Shown here in pieces: positions 33,740 to 53,157 of a stretch of 64,000 nucleotides of DNA. The DNA lies in the NCBI RefSeq assembly GCF_050320075.1, contig NZ_CP190018.1, one strand, 5' to 3'. Source of the stretch: Escherichia coli. Lineage in GTDB: Bacteria > Pseudomonadota > Gammaproteobacteria > Enterobacterales > Enterobacteriaceae. Position 1 is the stretch's first letter, and each line of letters begins with the position of its first letter. Made by a program: the position numbers and the translations under genes. The notes under the pieces are model-generated. The model saw only the letters and a list, made by a program, of their open reading frames with translations. It did not search any database and was not told the origin of the DNA.

Positions 33740-35245
33740 TCACGAAGCCAGCGATAACCTCTGCTGCGTATACTCCACTAGCCACTGACTCACACGAGAT
33801 TGTTGATCCGCATTCAGCCACATGCCTTGTTTTGTGCGACGCCACAGGGCATCGTCGGCACGGCGGACCCATTCGTGATCCACCAGGTATTTCAGTTCCG
33901 CTTCGTAGAACTCATGACCGAAATCTTCCCCGAGATCGCCTATCGCCCCCGCATTGCAGAGCAGCAGCTCGCTGTTGCTGCCGTAAGTGCGCGCGTAGTG
34001 ACGTGCCAGCGATTCGGTCAGGAATGGGTAACGACGGCGCAGACGAGCTGAGTAATCGTCGCGGTCGCCTTCAATGGCACCACCCGGCAGCACGCTCTCT
34101 TTCGTCCATGCCGGGCCAATGCCCTGATAATACGGCGTCAGTTTTTCCAGCGCATGTTCCGCCAGTTTGCGGTAGGTGGTCAACTTACCGCCGAATACCG
34201 ACAGCAGCGGCGCTTTGCCGTTTTCATCATGGATATCAAGGGTGTAATCACGAGTGATAGCCTGCGGCGAATCGGACTCATCATCACACAGCGGACGCAC
34301 GCCGGAGTAGGTCCAGACGATATCGTCCCGGCTTAACTGCTTTTTAAAGTGCGTGTTATACACTTTCAGCAGGTAATTGATTTCACTCTCTTCAATTTTT
34401 ACTGCTTTTGGATCACCTTTGTATTCCACATCGGTGGTGCCGATGATGGAAAACTCGTCCATCCACGGGATCACGAAGACAATACGTTTATCTTCGTTTT
34501 GCAGAATGTAGGCCTGCTTTTGTGTATGCACACGCGGCACCACAATATGGCTGCCTTTGATCAGGCGAATGCCATAAGGTGAGGGTAGATGCATCCCGTC
34601 GTCGAAGAACTGCTTCACCCACGGGCCGGTGGCGTTCACGAGGCCGCGCGCTTGCCAGCTATATTTTTTGCCGGTATCGATATCTTCTGCTTCCACAATC
34701 CACAGGCCGTTTTCGCGGCGAGCAGAAGTGGCACGAGTCCGGGTAAGCACTTCACCGCCTTTACGTACCACCATCTGGGCGTTGGCGAGCACCAGACGGG
34801 CGTCATCTACCCAACAGTCGGAATATTCGAATCCGCGCTTAATTTCCGGTTTTAATACTGAATTTGCGCCAAAACGCAAACCGGTTGATCCCGGTAGGCT
34901 GGTGCGTTTACCCAGATGATCGTACATAAACAGACCAATCCGAATCATCCACGCCGGGCGCAGATGCGGACGATGCGGCAGGCGAAAACGCATCGGGAAG
35001 GCGATATGCGGGGCCATTTTCAGTAGCACTTCACGTTCAGCCAGCGCCTCGCTGACCAGGCGGAATTCATAGTGCTCAAGGTAGCGCAGGCCACCGTGAA
35101 TGAGTTTTGAACTGGCGGAAGAGGTCGCACAAGCGAGATCCTGCGCCTCCAGCATCAGCACGGATAAACCGCGTCCAGCGGCGTCTGCCGCGATACCAGC
35201 ACCATTGATGCCGCCACCTATCACAATCAGATCTTTGGTTTCCAT
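33740..35245 (-). CDS. glpD: aerobic glycerol-3-phosphate dehydrogenase
   Basis: 501 aa from ATG at 35245 (METKDLIVIGGGINGAGIAADAAGRG...); FAD-binding motif. Confidence 0.96.
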   Translation of the reverse strand: METKDLIVIGGGINGAGIAADAAGRGLSVLMLEAQDLACATSSASSKLIHGGLRYLEHYEFRLVSEALAEREVLLKMAPHIAFPMRFRLPHRPHLRPAWMIRIGLFMYDHLGKRTSLPGSTGLRFGANSVLKPEIKRGFEYSDCWVDDARLVLANAQMVVRKGGEVLTRTRATSARRENGLWIVEAEDIDTGKKYSWQARGLVNATGPWVKQFFDDGMHLPSPYGIRLIKGSHIVVPRVHTQKQAYILQNEDKRIVFVIPWMDEFSIIGTTDVEYKGDPKAVKIEESEINYLLKVYNTHFKKQLSRDDIVWTYSGVRPLCDDESDSPQAITRDYTLDIHDENGKAPLLSVFGGKLTTYRKLAEHALEKLTPYYQGIGPAWTKESVLPGGAIEGDRDDYSARLRRRYPFLTESLARHYARTYGSNSELLLCNAGAIGDLGEDFGHEFYEAELKYLVDHEWVRRADDALWRRTKQGMWLNADQQSRVSQWLVEYTQQRLSLAS

Positions 35246-35276
35246 GCTGCCCTCATTCACTTTCGTTAAAGCTCAT

Positions 35277-35299
35277 AAATGTTCGTTATCGAACATATT
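35277..35299. promoter_or_regulatory. GlpR operator in the glpD / glpE divergent promoter region
   Basis: aaatgttcgttatcgaacatatt is a near-perfect palindrome matching the GlpR operator consensus (ATGTTCG..CGAACAT), 32 bp upstream of glpD. Confidence 0.65.
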
Positions 35300-35356
35300 A
35301 GCAAAGAATCGCGCTTTAGGTAACATTGAAAAAACATTTTAGAGTGATATGTATAA

Positions 35357-35761
<405 letters not shown>

Positions 35762-35793
35762 CGCTTTATACTGTCCCCTTTTGTGTGGAATAA

Positions 35794-36636
<843 letters not shown>

Positions 36637-36652
36637 TTCCAGGGATTTATAA

Positions 36653-37411
36653 ATGAAACAAACACAACGTCACAACGGTATTATCGAACTGGTTAAACAG
36701 CAAGGTTATGTCAGTACCGAGGAACTGGTGGAGCACTTCTCCGTCAGCCCGCAGACTATTCGTCGTGACCTCAATGAGCTGGCAGAGCAAAACCTGATCC
36801 TGCGCCATCATGGCGGCGCGGCGCTGCCTTCCAGTTCGGTTAACACCCCGTGGCACGATCGCAAGGCCACCCAGACCGAAGAAAAAGAGCGCATCGCCCG
36901 CAAAGTGGCGGAGCAAATCCCCAACGGCTCGACGCTGTTTATCGATATCGGCACCACCCCGGAAGCGGTGGCGCACGCGCTGCTTAATCACAGCAATTTG
37001 CGCATTGTCACCAACAATCTCAACGTCGCTAACACGTTGATGGTAAAAGAAGATTTCCGTATTATTCTCGCCGGTGGCGAATTACGTAGCCGCGATGGTG
37101 GGATCATAGGCGAAGCGACGCTCGATTTTATCTCCCAGTTCCGCCTTGATTTCGGCATTCTGGGGATCAGCGGCATCGATAGCGACGGCTCGTTGCTGGA
37201 ATTCGATTACCACGAAGTTCGCACCAAACGCGCTATTATTGAGAACTCGCGCCACGTTATGCTGGTTGTCGATCACTCGAAATTTGGCCGTAATGCGATG
37301 GTCAATATGGGGAGCATCAGCATGGTTGATGCTGTCTACACCGACGCCCCGCCGCCAGTAAGCGTCATGCAGGTGCTGACGGACCATCATATTCAACTGG
37401 AGCTGTGCTGA
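36653..37411 (+). CDS. glpR: glycerol-3-phosphate regulon repressor, DeoR family
   Basis: 252 aa; N-terminal HTH; 3' end overlaps convergent rtcR by 19 nt. Confidence 0.95.
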   Translation: MKQTQRHNGIIELVKQQGYVSTEELVEHFSVSPQTIRRDLNELAEQNLILRHHGGAALPSSSVNTPWHDRKATQTEEKERIARKVAEQIPNGSTLFIDIGTTPEAVAHALLNHSNLRIVTNNLNVANTLMVKEDFRIILAGGELRSRDGGIIGEATLDFISQFRLDFGILGISGIDSDGSLLEFDYHEVRTKRAIIENSRHVMLVVDHSKFGRNAMVNMGSISMVDAVYTDAPPPVSVMQVLTDHHIQLELC

Positions 37412-38991
37412 TCCTGCAAGGCTTCCCACGTCAGACCAAAACGCGCCAGGTATTTGCGTAGCCGATCTGCGTCGTTGACGCTGGCTTTGCCCTGGCGCGA
37501 AACGTCAAAAAGCTGGCGTCCGGCAGCAGAAAGCGACTTTGCCTGGCGGCAGATAGCGATAACGTGTTCCAGTTGCATACGGTCGAAGAGATCGATGTTT
37601 TCTGCCTCTGCGCCCAGCAGTTGTGTAAGCGCGGAGGGACGGCTCTCCTGCCAGTTATAGCGCAGACGGTTTATCTCATCTTCAACCACGTCCAGAGTGA
37701 TGCGTCCGCTAGTGGCAAAGGTGGCCATCCGCGTGACGCTGGCAGAAAGTTCGCGAAAGTTACCGCGCCATGTTGCCTGGGGAGATGTCGCAAAGGCCAG
37801 CCAGGCGCGCCGCGCTTCGGTGTTAAAACGCACGCTGTCACCAGTGAGTGAGGCGTGGCGCTCCACTTCATAATCCAGGTTCGGTTCAATATCTTCCTGG
37901 CGCTGGAGTAGACCCGGCAGGGTGAAGGTCCAGAGATTGATCCGCGCGTACAGATCTTCGCGGAATTTGCCTTCGGCAACCAGCTGACGCAAATCGCGCA
38001 CCGTTCCGGCGATAAGCTGAAAGTCGCTACTCACCTGGCGATCGCTGCCAAACGGATAAAAGGTTTTCTCTTCAATGGCTTTCAGCAGCATTGCCTGTTC
38101 GTCTGCGCCCAATTCGCCAATCTCATCAAGAAATAACATCCCGCCGTTGGCGCTGCGTAATAATCCTTCCCGCGACTCCCGCGCCCCGGTAAACGCGCCT
38201 TTCACATGACCAAACAGCGTCGACATGGCGGTATCGCCACGCAGGGTGGCGCAGTTCATTTCCACAAACGCGCCGCTAAACTGATGCCGCGCCTGTTTCA
38301 ATTCAAAGATGCGTCGCGCCAGAAATGACTTACCCGCCCCGGTCGGGCCGTTAAGCAGGATCGGTGCGCGGGATTTGATCGCCACTTTTTCGATCTGCTC
38401 AATCATGCGGTTGAAGTGTGGGTTACGCGTGGCGATGCCTGATTTGAGGAAATCGAGCGTTTGTTGGCGTTCCTCGGCAAAGCGGCTGGCGATAGCGTTA
38501 TAACGGCTTAAATCGAGATCGATAATCGTCACTTCACCTGCGCCGCGCGGTTGTTCTTTTTTGCGCGGTGGTGAAGATTGTATCAACCGGGCGGGCAGGT
38601 AACGCGCTTCTGCCAGTAGAAACCAGCAAATCTGCGCGACGTGGGTGCCGGTGGTGATGTGAATTAAATAATCTTCATTTTCTGGCTGGAACGCGTAACC
38701 ACGGGCGAAATCATGCAGGCAGGCGTAAACCTCTTCGAAATCCCACGGGTTATGCAGTTCTATCTCAACGCCCACCACTTCTGTTTCTGGCGAAACGCTG
38801 GCGATATCGCGTTTAAGCGTTTCGAATAGCGAGCGCGAGCGGGCGTCGTGCAATAATTCCAGCCGATCGATAACTAACGATTCTTGCTGGCATAGACAGA
38901 GTGTCGGACGCCATTTTGACCAGCGCTGACTGCCGCGCCCGGCATAATCCAGCACCGTTCCGACAAAACCAAAAGCCACTGTTTTACGCAT
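37393..38991 (-). CDS. rtcR: sigma-54-dependent transcriptional activator of rtcBA
   Basis: 532 aa; AAA+ sigma-54 interaction domain (GPTGAGKS, GAFTGA). Confidence 0.95.
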   Translation of the reverse strand: MRKTVAFGFVGTVLDYAGRGSQRWSKWRPTLCLCQQESLVIDRLELLHDARSRSLFETLKRDIASVSPETEVVGVEIELHNPWDFEEVYACLHDFARGYAFQPENEDYLIHITTGTHVAQICWFLLAEARYLPARLIQSSPPRKKEQPRGAGEVTIIDLDLSRYNAIASRFAEERQQTLDFLKSGIATRNPHFNRMIEQIEKVAIKSRAPILLNGPTGAGKSFLARRIFELKQARHQFSGAFVEMNCATLRGDTAMSTLFGHVKGAFTGARESREGLLRSANGGMLFLDEIGELGADEQAMLLKAIEEKTFYPFGSDRQVSSDFQLIAGTVRDLRQLVAEGKFREDLYARINLWTFTLPGLLQRQEDIEPNLDYEVERHASLTGDSVRFNTEARRAWLAFATSPQATWRGNFRELSASVTRMATFATSGRITLDVVEDEINRLRYNWQESRPSALTQLLGAEAENIDLFDRMQLEHVIAICRQAKSLSAAGRQLFDVSRQGKASVNDADRLRKYLARFGLTWEALQDQHSSS

Positions 38992-39125
38992 CTTAGATAT
39001 CCTTATAAAAGACGATATTTCATTATCGGTAAATTGGCTTTGCGGGAAATCTCCGTTTACGGACGTAAAGGTATAATTTTTTTAAAAACAATGAATTAAA
39101 AAATTAAGCTGCTTATTTAATTTTC

Positions 39126-39141
39126 TGGTACGACGGTTGCA
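39126..39141 (+). promoter_or_regulatory. sigma-54 (-24/-12) promoter of rtcBA
   Basis: tGGtacgacggttGCa: GG-N10-GC spacing with TGGTAC-N5-TTGCA, 37 bp upstream of the rtcB ATG and downstream of divergent rtcR. Confidence 0.65.
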
Positions 39142-39177
39142 ATTATCAGGACATACCAACGAAAAGAGAAAAACAAA

Positions 39178-40404
39178 ATGAATTACGAATTACTGACCAC
39201 TGAAAATGCCCCGGTAAAAATGTGGACCAAAGGCGTGCCGGTAGAGGCCGATGCGCGTCAGCAACTTATTAATACGGCGAAGATGCCGTTTATTTTCAAA
39301 CATATTGCGGTAATGCCTGATGTACACCTGGGTAAAGGTTCCACCATTGGTAGCGTGATCCCAACCAAAGGGGCGATTATTCCGGCGGCGGTGGGCGTGG
39401 ATATCGGTTGTGGAATGAACGCGCTGCGTACCGCGTTAACGGCGGCAGACCTGCCTGAAAACCTGGCGGAGCTGCGTCAGGCGATTGAAACAGCCGTGCC
39501 GCACGGACGTACTACCGGACGTTGTAAACGTGATAAAGGCGCATGGGAAAATCCGCCTGTTAACGTCGATGCGAAATGGGCTGAGCTGGAAGCCGGTTAT
39601 CAGTGGTTAACGCAAAAATATCCCCGTTTCCTGAATACCAATAACTATAAACACCTGGGAACGCTGGGAACGGGTAACCACTTTATTGAAATCTGCCTTG
39701 ATGAGTCGGACCAGGTGTGGATTATGCTGCACTCCGGTTCACGCGGAATTGGTAACGCCATCGGGACTTACTTTATCGATCTGGCGCAAAAAGAGATGCA
39801 GGACCAACTTGAGACGTTGCCGTCGCGTGATCTGGCGTACTTTATGGAAGGTACGGAATACTTTGATGATTACCTGAAAGCCGTGGCCTGGGCGCAGCTT
39901 TTTGCCAGCCTTAACCGCGATGCGATGATGGAAAACGTGGTAACGGCGTTGCAGAGCGTTACGCAGAAAACGGTAAGACAGCCACAAACGCTGGCGATGG
40001 AAGAGATCAACTGTCATCACAACTATGTGCAAAAAGAACAGCACTTTGGTGAAGAGATCTACGTGACGCGTAAAGGCGCGGTGTCTGCGCGTGCGGGTCA
40101 ATATGGAATTATTCCAGGGTCGATGGGAGCGAAAAGCTTTATCGTCCGTGGGCTGGGAAATGAAGAATCGTTCTGTTCGTGCAGCCACGGTGCCGGGCGG
40201 GTAATGAGCCGTACCAAAGCGAAAAAACTGTTCAGCGTGGAAGATCAAATTCGTGCCACCGCGCATGTGGAATGCCGTAAAGATGCCGAAGTGATCGACG
40301 AAATCCCGATGGCGTATAAAGATATTGATGCGGTGATGGCGGCACAAAGCGATCTGGTGGAAGTTATCTATACCCTGCGTCAGGTGGTGTGCGTAAAAGG
40401 ATAA
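39178..40404 (+). CDS. rtcB: RNA-splicing ligase RtcB
   Basis: 408 aa; RtcB metal-binding His/Cys motifs (HSGSRG, CHHNY). Confidence 0.95.
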   Translation: MNYELLTTENAPVKMWTKGVPVEADARQQLINTAKMPFIFKHIAVMPDVHLGKGSTIGSVIPTKGAIIPAAVGVDIGCGMNALRTALTAADLPENLAELRQAIETAVPHGRTTGRCKRDKGAWENPPVNVDAKWAELEAGYQWLTQKYPRFLNTNNYKHLGTLGTGNHFIEICLDESDQVWIMLHSGSRGIGNAIGTYFIDLAQKEMQDQLETLPSRDLAYFMEGTEYFDDYLKAVAWAQLFASLNRDAMMENVVTALQSVTQKTVRQPQTLAMEEINCHHNYVQKEQHFGEEIYVTRKGAVSARAGQYGIIPGSMGAKSFIVRGLGNEESFCSCSHGAGRVMSRTKAKKLFSVEDQIRATAHVECRKDAEVIDEIPMAYKDIDAVMAAQSDLVEVIYTLRQVVCVKG

Positions 40405-41424
<1,020 letters not shown>

Positions 41425-41466
41425 TATAAAGATGTAAGCCGGATCCGACGTAATATCCGGCTGAAC

Positions 41467-44178
<2,712 letters not shown>

Positions 44179-44714
44179 TCACTTCACTGTGGAAAATGAG
44201 GAAATATTATTTTTTTTGCGCTTCGTAATTAATGGTTATAAGGTCGGCCAGAAACCTTTCTAATGCAAGCGATGACGTTTTTTTATGTGTCTGAATTTGC
44301 ACTCTGTCACAATTCCAAATCTTTATTAATGACTCACCTAAAACGACGCTGATACAGCGTGAATGCTGGGTTGTACGGTATTTCCCTTATGTTCATCAGA
44401 TTCATTTAAGCAAGGGTTTCTTCTTCATTCCTGATGAAAGTGCTATCTAAAAAGATGATCTTAATAAATCTATTAAGAATGAGATGGAGCACACTGGATA
44501 TTTTACTTGTGAAACTGTTTCACTCCTTTACTTAATTTATAGAGTTACCTTCCGCTTTTTGAAAATACGCAACGGCCATTTTTTGCACTTAGATACAGAT
44601 TTTCTGCGCTGTATGGCATTGATTTGCTGCTAATCCTGTGGTTTGCACTAGCTTTAAGTGGTCGAGATCACATTTCCTTGCTCATCCCCGCAACTCCTCC
44701 CTGCCTAATCCCCC

Positions 44715-44760
44715 GCAGGATGAGGAAGGTCAACATCGAGCCTGGCAAACTAGCGATAAC
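44715..44760 (+). promoter_or_regulatory. malPQ promoter region with MalT box
   Basis: ggatgagga at 44718-44726 matches the MalT box GGA(T/G)GA about 70 bp upstream of the malP start. Confidence 0.45.
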
Positions 44761-44770
44761 GTTGTGTTGA

Positions 44771-47188
<2,418 letters not shown>

Positions 47189-47197
47189 GGAAGCTCG

Positions 47198-49279
47198 ATG
47201 GAAAGCAAACGTCTGGATAATGCCGCGCTGGCGGCGGGGATTAGCCCCAATTACATCAATGCCCACGGTAAACCGCAGTCGATTAGCGCCGAAACCAAAC
47301 GGCGTTTGCTTGACGCGATGCATCAACGTACCGCCACGAAAGTGGCGGTAACGCCAGTCCCGAATGTCATGGTTTATACCAGCGGCAAAAAAATGCCGAT
47401 GGTGGTGGAGGGCAGCGGCGAATATAGCTGGCTGCTGACCACCGAAGAAGGAACGCAGTACAAAGGCCATGTAACGGGGGGCAAAGCGTTCAATCTACCG
47501 ACGAAGCTGCCGGAAGGTTATCACACGCTGACACTCACCCAGGACGACCAGCGCGCGCATTGCCGGGTGATTGTGGCACCGAAACGCTGTTACGAACCGC
47601 AGGCGTTGCTGAATAAACAAAAGCTGTGGGGTGCCTGCGTTCAGCTTTATACGCTGCGATCGGAAAAAAACTGGGGTATTGGGGATTTTGGCGATCTCAA
47701 AGCGATGCTTGAGGATGTGGCAAAACGTGGCGGGTCGTTCATCGGTCTGAACCCGATTCATGCGCTCTATCCGGCAAATCCGGAAAGTGCCAGCCCGTAT
47801 AGCCCGTCTTCTCGCCGTTGGCTGAATGTGATTTATATCGACGTTAACGCCGTCGAAGATTTCCATCTTAGCGAAGAGGCTCAGGCCTGGTGGAAGTTGC
47901 CGACCACGCAACAGACGCTGCAACAGGCGCGGGATGCCGACTGGGTTGATTACTCCACGGTTACCGCCCTAAAAATGACAGCATTACGAATGGCGTGGAA
48001 AGGTTTCGCGCAACGTGATGATGAACAGATGACCGCGTTTCGCCAGTTTGTTGCCGAGCAAGGCGACAGCCTGTTCTGGCAGGCGGCGTTTGACGCACTA
48101 CATGCCCAGCAAGTGAAAGAGGACGAAATGCGCTGGGGCTGGCCTGCATGGCCAGAGATGTATCAGAACGTGGATTCACCAGAAGTGCGCCAGTTCTGCG
48201 AAGAACATCGTGATGACGTCGATTTTTATCTCTGGTTGCAGTGGCTGGCTTACAGCCAGTTTGCCGACTGCTGGGAGATAAGCCAGGGCTATGAAATGCC
48301 GATTGGCTTGTATCGTGATCTGGCGGTTGGCGTAGCGGAAGGTGGGGCGGAAACCTGGTGCGACCGTGAACTGTATTGCCTGAAAGCGTCGGTAGGCGCA
48401 CCGCCGGATATCCTCGGCCCGTTGGGGCAGAACTGGGGATTGCCGCCAATGGACCCGCATATCATCACCGCGCGTGCCTATGAACCGTTTATCGAGCTGT
48501 TGCGTGCCAATATGCAAAACTGCGGCGCATTACGAATTGACCATGTGATGTCGATGCTGCGTTTGTGGTGGATACCGTATGGCGAGACGGCGGATCAGGG
48601 CGCGTATGTACACTATCCGGTGGATGATCTGCTCTCGATTCTGGCACTCGAAAGTAAACGTCATCGCTGCATGGTGATTGGTGAAGATCTCGGTACCGTA
48701 CCGGTAGAGATTGTCGGTAAGCTGCGCAGCAGCGGTGTGTACTCCTACAAAGTGCTCTATTTCGAAAACGACCACGAGAAGACATTCCGCTCACCGAAAG
48801 CGTACCCAGAGCAGTCGATGGCGGTTGCGGCGACACACGACCTGCCTACGCTACGCGGCTACTGGGAGAGCGGGGATCTAACGCTGGGCAAAACGCTGGG
48901 GTTGTATCCGGATGAAGTGGTACTGCGCGGTCTGTATCAGGATCGCGAACTGGCGAAGCAAGGACTGCTGGATGCTCTGCATAAATATGGTTGCCTGCCA
49001 AAACGTGCCGGGCATAAGGCATCGTTGATGTCGATGACGCCGACGCTGAATCGTGGTTTGCAACGTTATATCGCTGACAGTAACAGTGCCCTGTTAGGGC
49101 TACAGCCAGAAGACTGGCTGGATATGGCGGAACCGGTAAATATTCCCGGCACCAGTTACCAGTATAAAAACTGGCGGCGCAAGCTCTCTGCAACGCTTGA
49201 GGCGATGTTTGCCGATGATGGCGTGAACAAGTTGCTGAAGGATTTGGACAGACGGCGCAGAGCGGCAGCGAAGAAGTAG
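47198..49279 (+). CDS. malQ: 4-alpha-glucanotransferase (amylomaltase)
   Basis: 693 aa; follows malP with a 9 bp gap. Confidence 0.95.
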   Translation: MESKRLDNAALAAGISPNYINAHGKPQSISAETKRRLLDAMHQRTATKVAVTPVPNVMVYTSGKKMPMVVEGSGEYSWLLTTEEGTQYKGHVTGGKAFNLPTKLPEGYHTLTLTQDDQRAHCRVIVAPKRCYEPQALLNKQKLWGACVQLYTLRSEKNWGIGDFGDLKAMLEDVAKRGGSFIGLNPIHALYPANPESASPYSPSSRRWLNVIYIDVNAVEDFHLSEEAQAWWKLPTTQQTLQQARDADWVDYSTVTALKMTALRMAWKGFAQRDDEQMTAFRQFVAEQGDSLFWQAAFDALHAQQVKEDEMRWGWPAWPEMYQNVDSPEVRQFCEEHRDDVDFYLWLQWLAYSQFADCWEISQGYEMPIGLYRDLAVGVAEGGAETWCDRELYCLKASVGAPPDILGPLGQNWGLPPMDPHIITARAYEPFIELLRANMQNCGALRIDHVMSMLRLWWIPYGETADQGAYVHYPVDDLLSILALESKRHRCMVIGEDLGTVPVEIVGKLRSSGVYSYKVLYFENDHEKTFRSPKAYPEQSMAVAATHDLPTLRGYWESGDLTLGKTLGLYPDEVVLRGLYQDRELAKQGLLDALHKYGCLPKRAGHKASLMSMTPTLNRGLQRYIADSNSALLGLQPEDWLDMAEPVNIPGTSYQYKNWRRKLSATLEAMFADDGVNKLLKDLDRRRRAAAKK

Positions 49280-49326
49280 TAGGGTGCGGTTGATGCCGGA
49301 TGCGATGCATCCGGCAGTCGGTGTTA

Positions 49327-50643
49327 TCAAATCACCATATTCAGCAGCAGACAGCCTACCAGACCGCACACCGAGATAATGGTTTCCAGCATCGACCAGG
49401 ACTTGATGGTCTCGCCGATAGTCAGGTTAAAGTACTCTTTGAACAGCCAGAAGCCCGGATCGTTCACGTGAGAGAAAATCACACTACCGGAACCAACCGC
49501 AATAACCATCAGCTCCGGGCTAACACCCGTCGTTGCAATCAGCGGTGCCGCGATACCACCCGCAGTGATTGCCGCAACGGTTGCGGAACCCAGCGCGATA
49601 CGCAGTACGGCAGCAATCGACCAGGCCATCAGCAGCGGAGAAATGTTGGTTTCGTGCATCATGGAAGCAATGTATTTGTCCACGCCGCTGTCTACCAGCA
49701 CCTGCTTGAACGCACCGCCACCACCGATAATCAACAGCATCATCGCAATGATTTTGATGGAAGAAACCAGCGTGTCGTTAATCTGATCCATTGAACGACC
49801 ACGGTTCAGACCAAAGGTGAACATCGCAATCAGTACGGCAATCAGCGTAGCCATTACCGGGTCACCGAGGAACTCCGCTACCGGCAGGAAAGCGTGACCT
49901 TTCGGCAGGATCATTTCGGCAATCGCACGCATCGCCATCAGCACAACCGGGACCAGAGAGGTCCAGACGCTTACGCCAAAACTCGGCATCTCTTCTTCGC
50001 TGAAGGTTTTCGCGCTGTACAGACCTTCCGGGATCGGCTTATCGATACCTTTCAGCACGCGAGCGTAAACCGGACCGGCGAGAATCACGGTCGGGATTGC
50101 CAGAATAGTACCGTACAGCAGAGTTTTACCCATATCGGCATTGAAAATGGTGGCAATCGCAGTCGGACCCGGATGCGGTGGCAGGAAGCCGTGGGTCACA
50201 GACAGTGCAGCCGCCATTGGTACACCAACATACAGCAGTGGAATATTCGCGGAAGCCGCGATGGTAAACACCAGCGGCAGCATCAGCACGAAACCCACTT
50301 CATAGAACAGGGCAAAACCAACGGTAAAACCGGTCAGTACCACCGCCCACTGGATGTGTTTTTTACCAAATTTAGCAATCAGCGTGGTGGCGATACGTTG
50401 TGCGCCACCACAGTCTGCCAGCATTTTGCCCAGCATTGCGCCAAAACCCATGATCAGGGCAAGGCTACCGAGCGTCCCGCCGACACCGGCTTTGATGGAG
50501 CCAATAACTTTATCCAGCGGCATTCCTTGCATTAATCCAACAGCAAGCGCCACGAGGACGAGAGCGATGAAGCCGTTCATTTTGAAGCGGATCATCAGGA
50601 GCAACAACAAGATTACACCGATAGCAACAATGACTAATGGCAT
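49327..50643 (-). CDS. gntT: high-affinity gluconate transporter
   Basis: 438 aa GntP-family permease (MPLVIVAIGVILLLLLMIRFKM...). Confidence 0.95.
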   Translation of the reverse strand: MPLVIVAIGVILLLLLMIRFKMNGFIALVLVALAVGLMQGMPLDKVIGSIKAGVGGTLGSLALIMGFGAMLGKMLADCGGAQRIATTLIAKFGKKHIQWAVVLTGFTVGFALFYEVGFVLMLPLVFTIAASANIPLLYVGVPMAAALSVTHGFLPPHPGPTAIATIFNADMGKTLLYGTILAIPTVILAGPVYARVLKGIDKPIPEGLYSAKTFSEEEMPSFGVSVWTSLVPVVLMAMRAIAEMILPKGHAFLPVAEFLGDPVMATLIAVLIAMFTFGLNRGRSMDQINDTLVSSIKIIAMMLLIIGGGGAFKQVLVDSGVDKYIASMMHETNISPLLMAWSIAAVLRIALGSATVAAITAGGIAAPLIATTGVSPELMVIAVGSGSVIFSHVNDPGFWLFKEYFNLTIGETIKSWSMLETIISVCGLVGCLLLNMVI

Positions 50644-50663
50644 GATTTACCTGGCCTTTCATT

Positions 50664-50820
50664 TGTTATGGGTAACGTCAATTTTCTGACGACAAACTCT
50701 AATTATCCCAATCGGGAACAGAGATATTGCGGCACCACGACTGATACCCACCAAAACTAATTATTGTAGTCAGATGTCAGGAGTATGTTTGGTACCCACG
50801 TGAATGATACGGGTAACATC
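50664..50820 (-). promoter_or_regulatory. gntT promoter region with GntR operator-like palindromes
   Basis: tgatacgggtaacat (50804-50818) and ttatgggtaacgtca (50666-50680) resemble the GntR operator half-sites seen upstream of gntK. Confidence 0.5.
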
Positions 50821-50947
50821 CGGCGTTTGAGAATCACCAGAGCGGGGTAAATTTAAATTATGAGAGGTTGGTCATATTATCGCGAGGAAACGAAGGGAGG
50901 GATTTGCCAAAGCAATGCTGCGCCAACGTCTGGCACATGTTCAACGT

Positions 50948-51003
<56 letters not shown>

Positions 51004-51579
51004 TTAGTAGTAGGAGTGCTCGCCGCGCTGGTGTTCGGTGAGATCGCGCACACCTTTCAGCTCCGGGAATTCGTTCAGCAGCTGCTTCTCGATCCCTTCT
51101 TTCAGCGTCACATCTACCATGGAACAACCGTTACAGCCGCCGCCAAATTGCAGAATGGCGTAACCGTCTTCGGTGATTTCCATCAGCGAAACGCGACCAC
51201 CGTGACCAGCAAGCTGTGGGTTGATCTGCGACTGCAGCATATACTCCACGCGCTCCATCAGCGGTGCATCGTCTGCGACTTTACGCATTTTGGCGTTAGG
51301 CGCTTTCAGCGTTAACTGGGAACCCAACTGGTCTGTAACAAAGTCGATCTCTGCATCTTCCAGGTAAGGAGCGCTTAACTCATCAACATACGCGGTCAGC
51401 AGGTCAAATTTCAGGGCAGTGTCGGTGGCTTCTACAGCGTCCGGCGGACAATAAGAAACGCCACATTCAGCGTTAGGCGTGCCAGGGTTAATCACAAATA
51501 CGCGGATTTGTGTCCCTTCTTCCTGATTTGCCAGCAGTTTGGCAAAGTGCGCTTGTGCAGCATCGGAAATACGGATCAT
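51004..51579 (-). CDS. nfuA: Fe-S cluster carrier protein NfuA
   Basis: 191 aa; C-terminal Nfu motif [17 protein letters not shown]. Confidence 0.95.
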
Positions 51580-51637
51580 AGTAATGGCCTAATAGTTGAC
51601 TATTTTAGTTGGTTATAATACGCCCATCATCGAGGCT

Positions 51638-52354
<717 letters not shown>

Positions 52355-52355
52355 A

Positions 52356-53129
<774 letters not shown>

Positions 53130-53157
53130 GTGGCTTTTGAAATGGCGAGACAGAACT

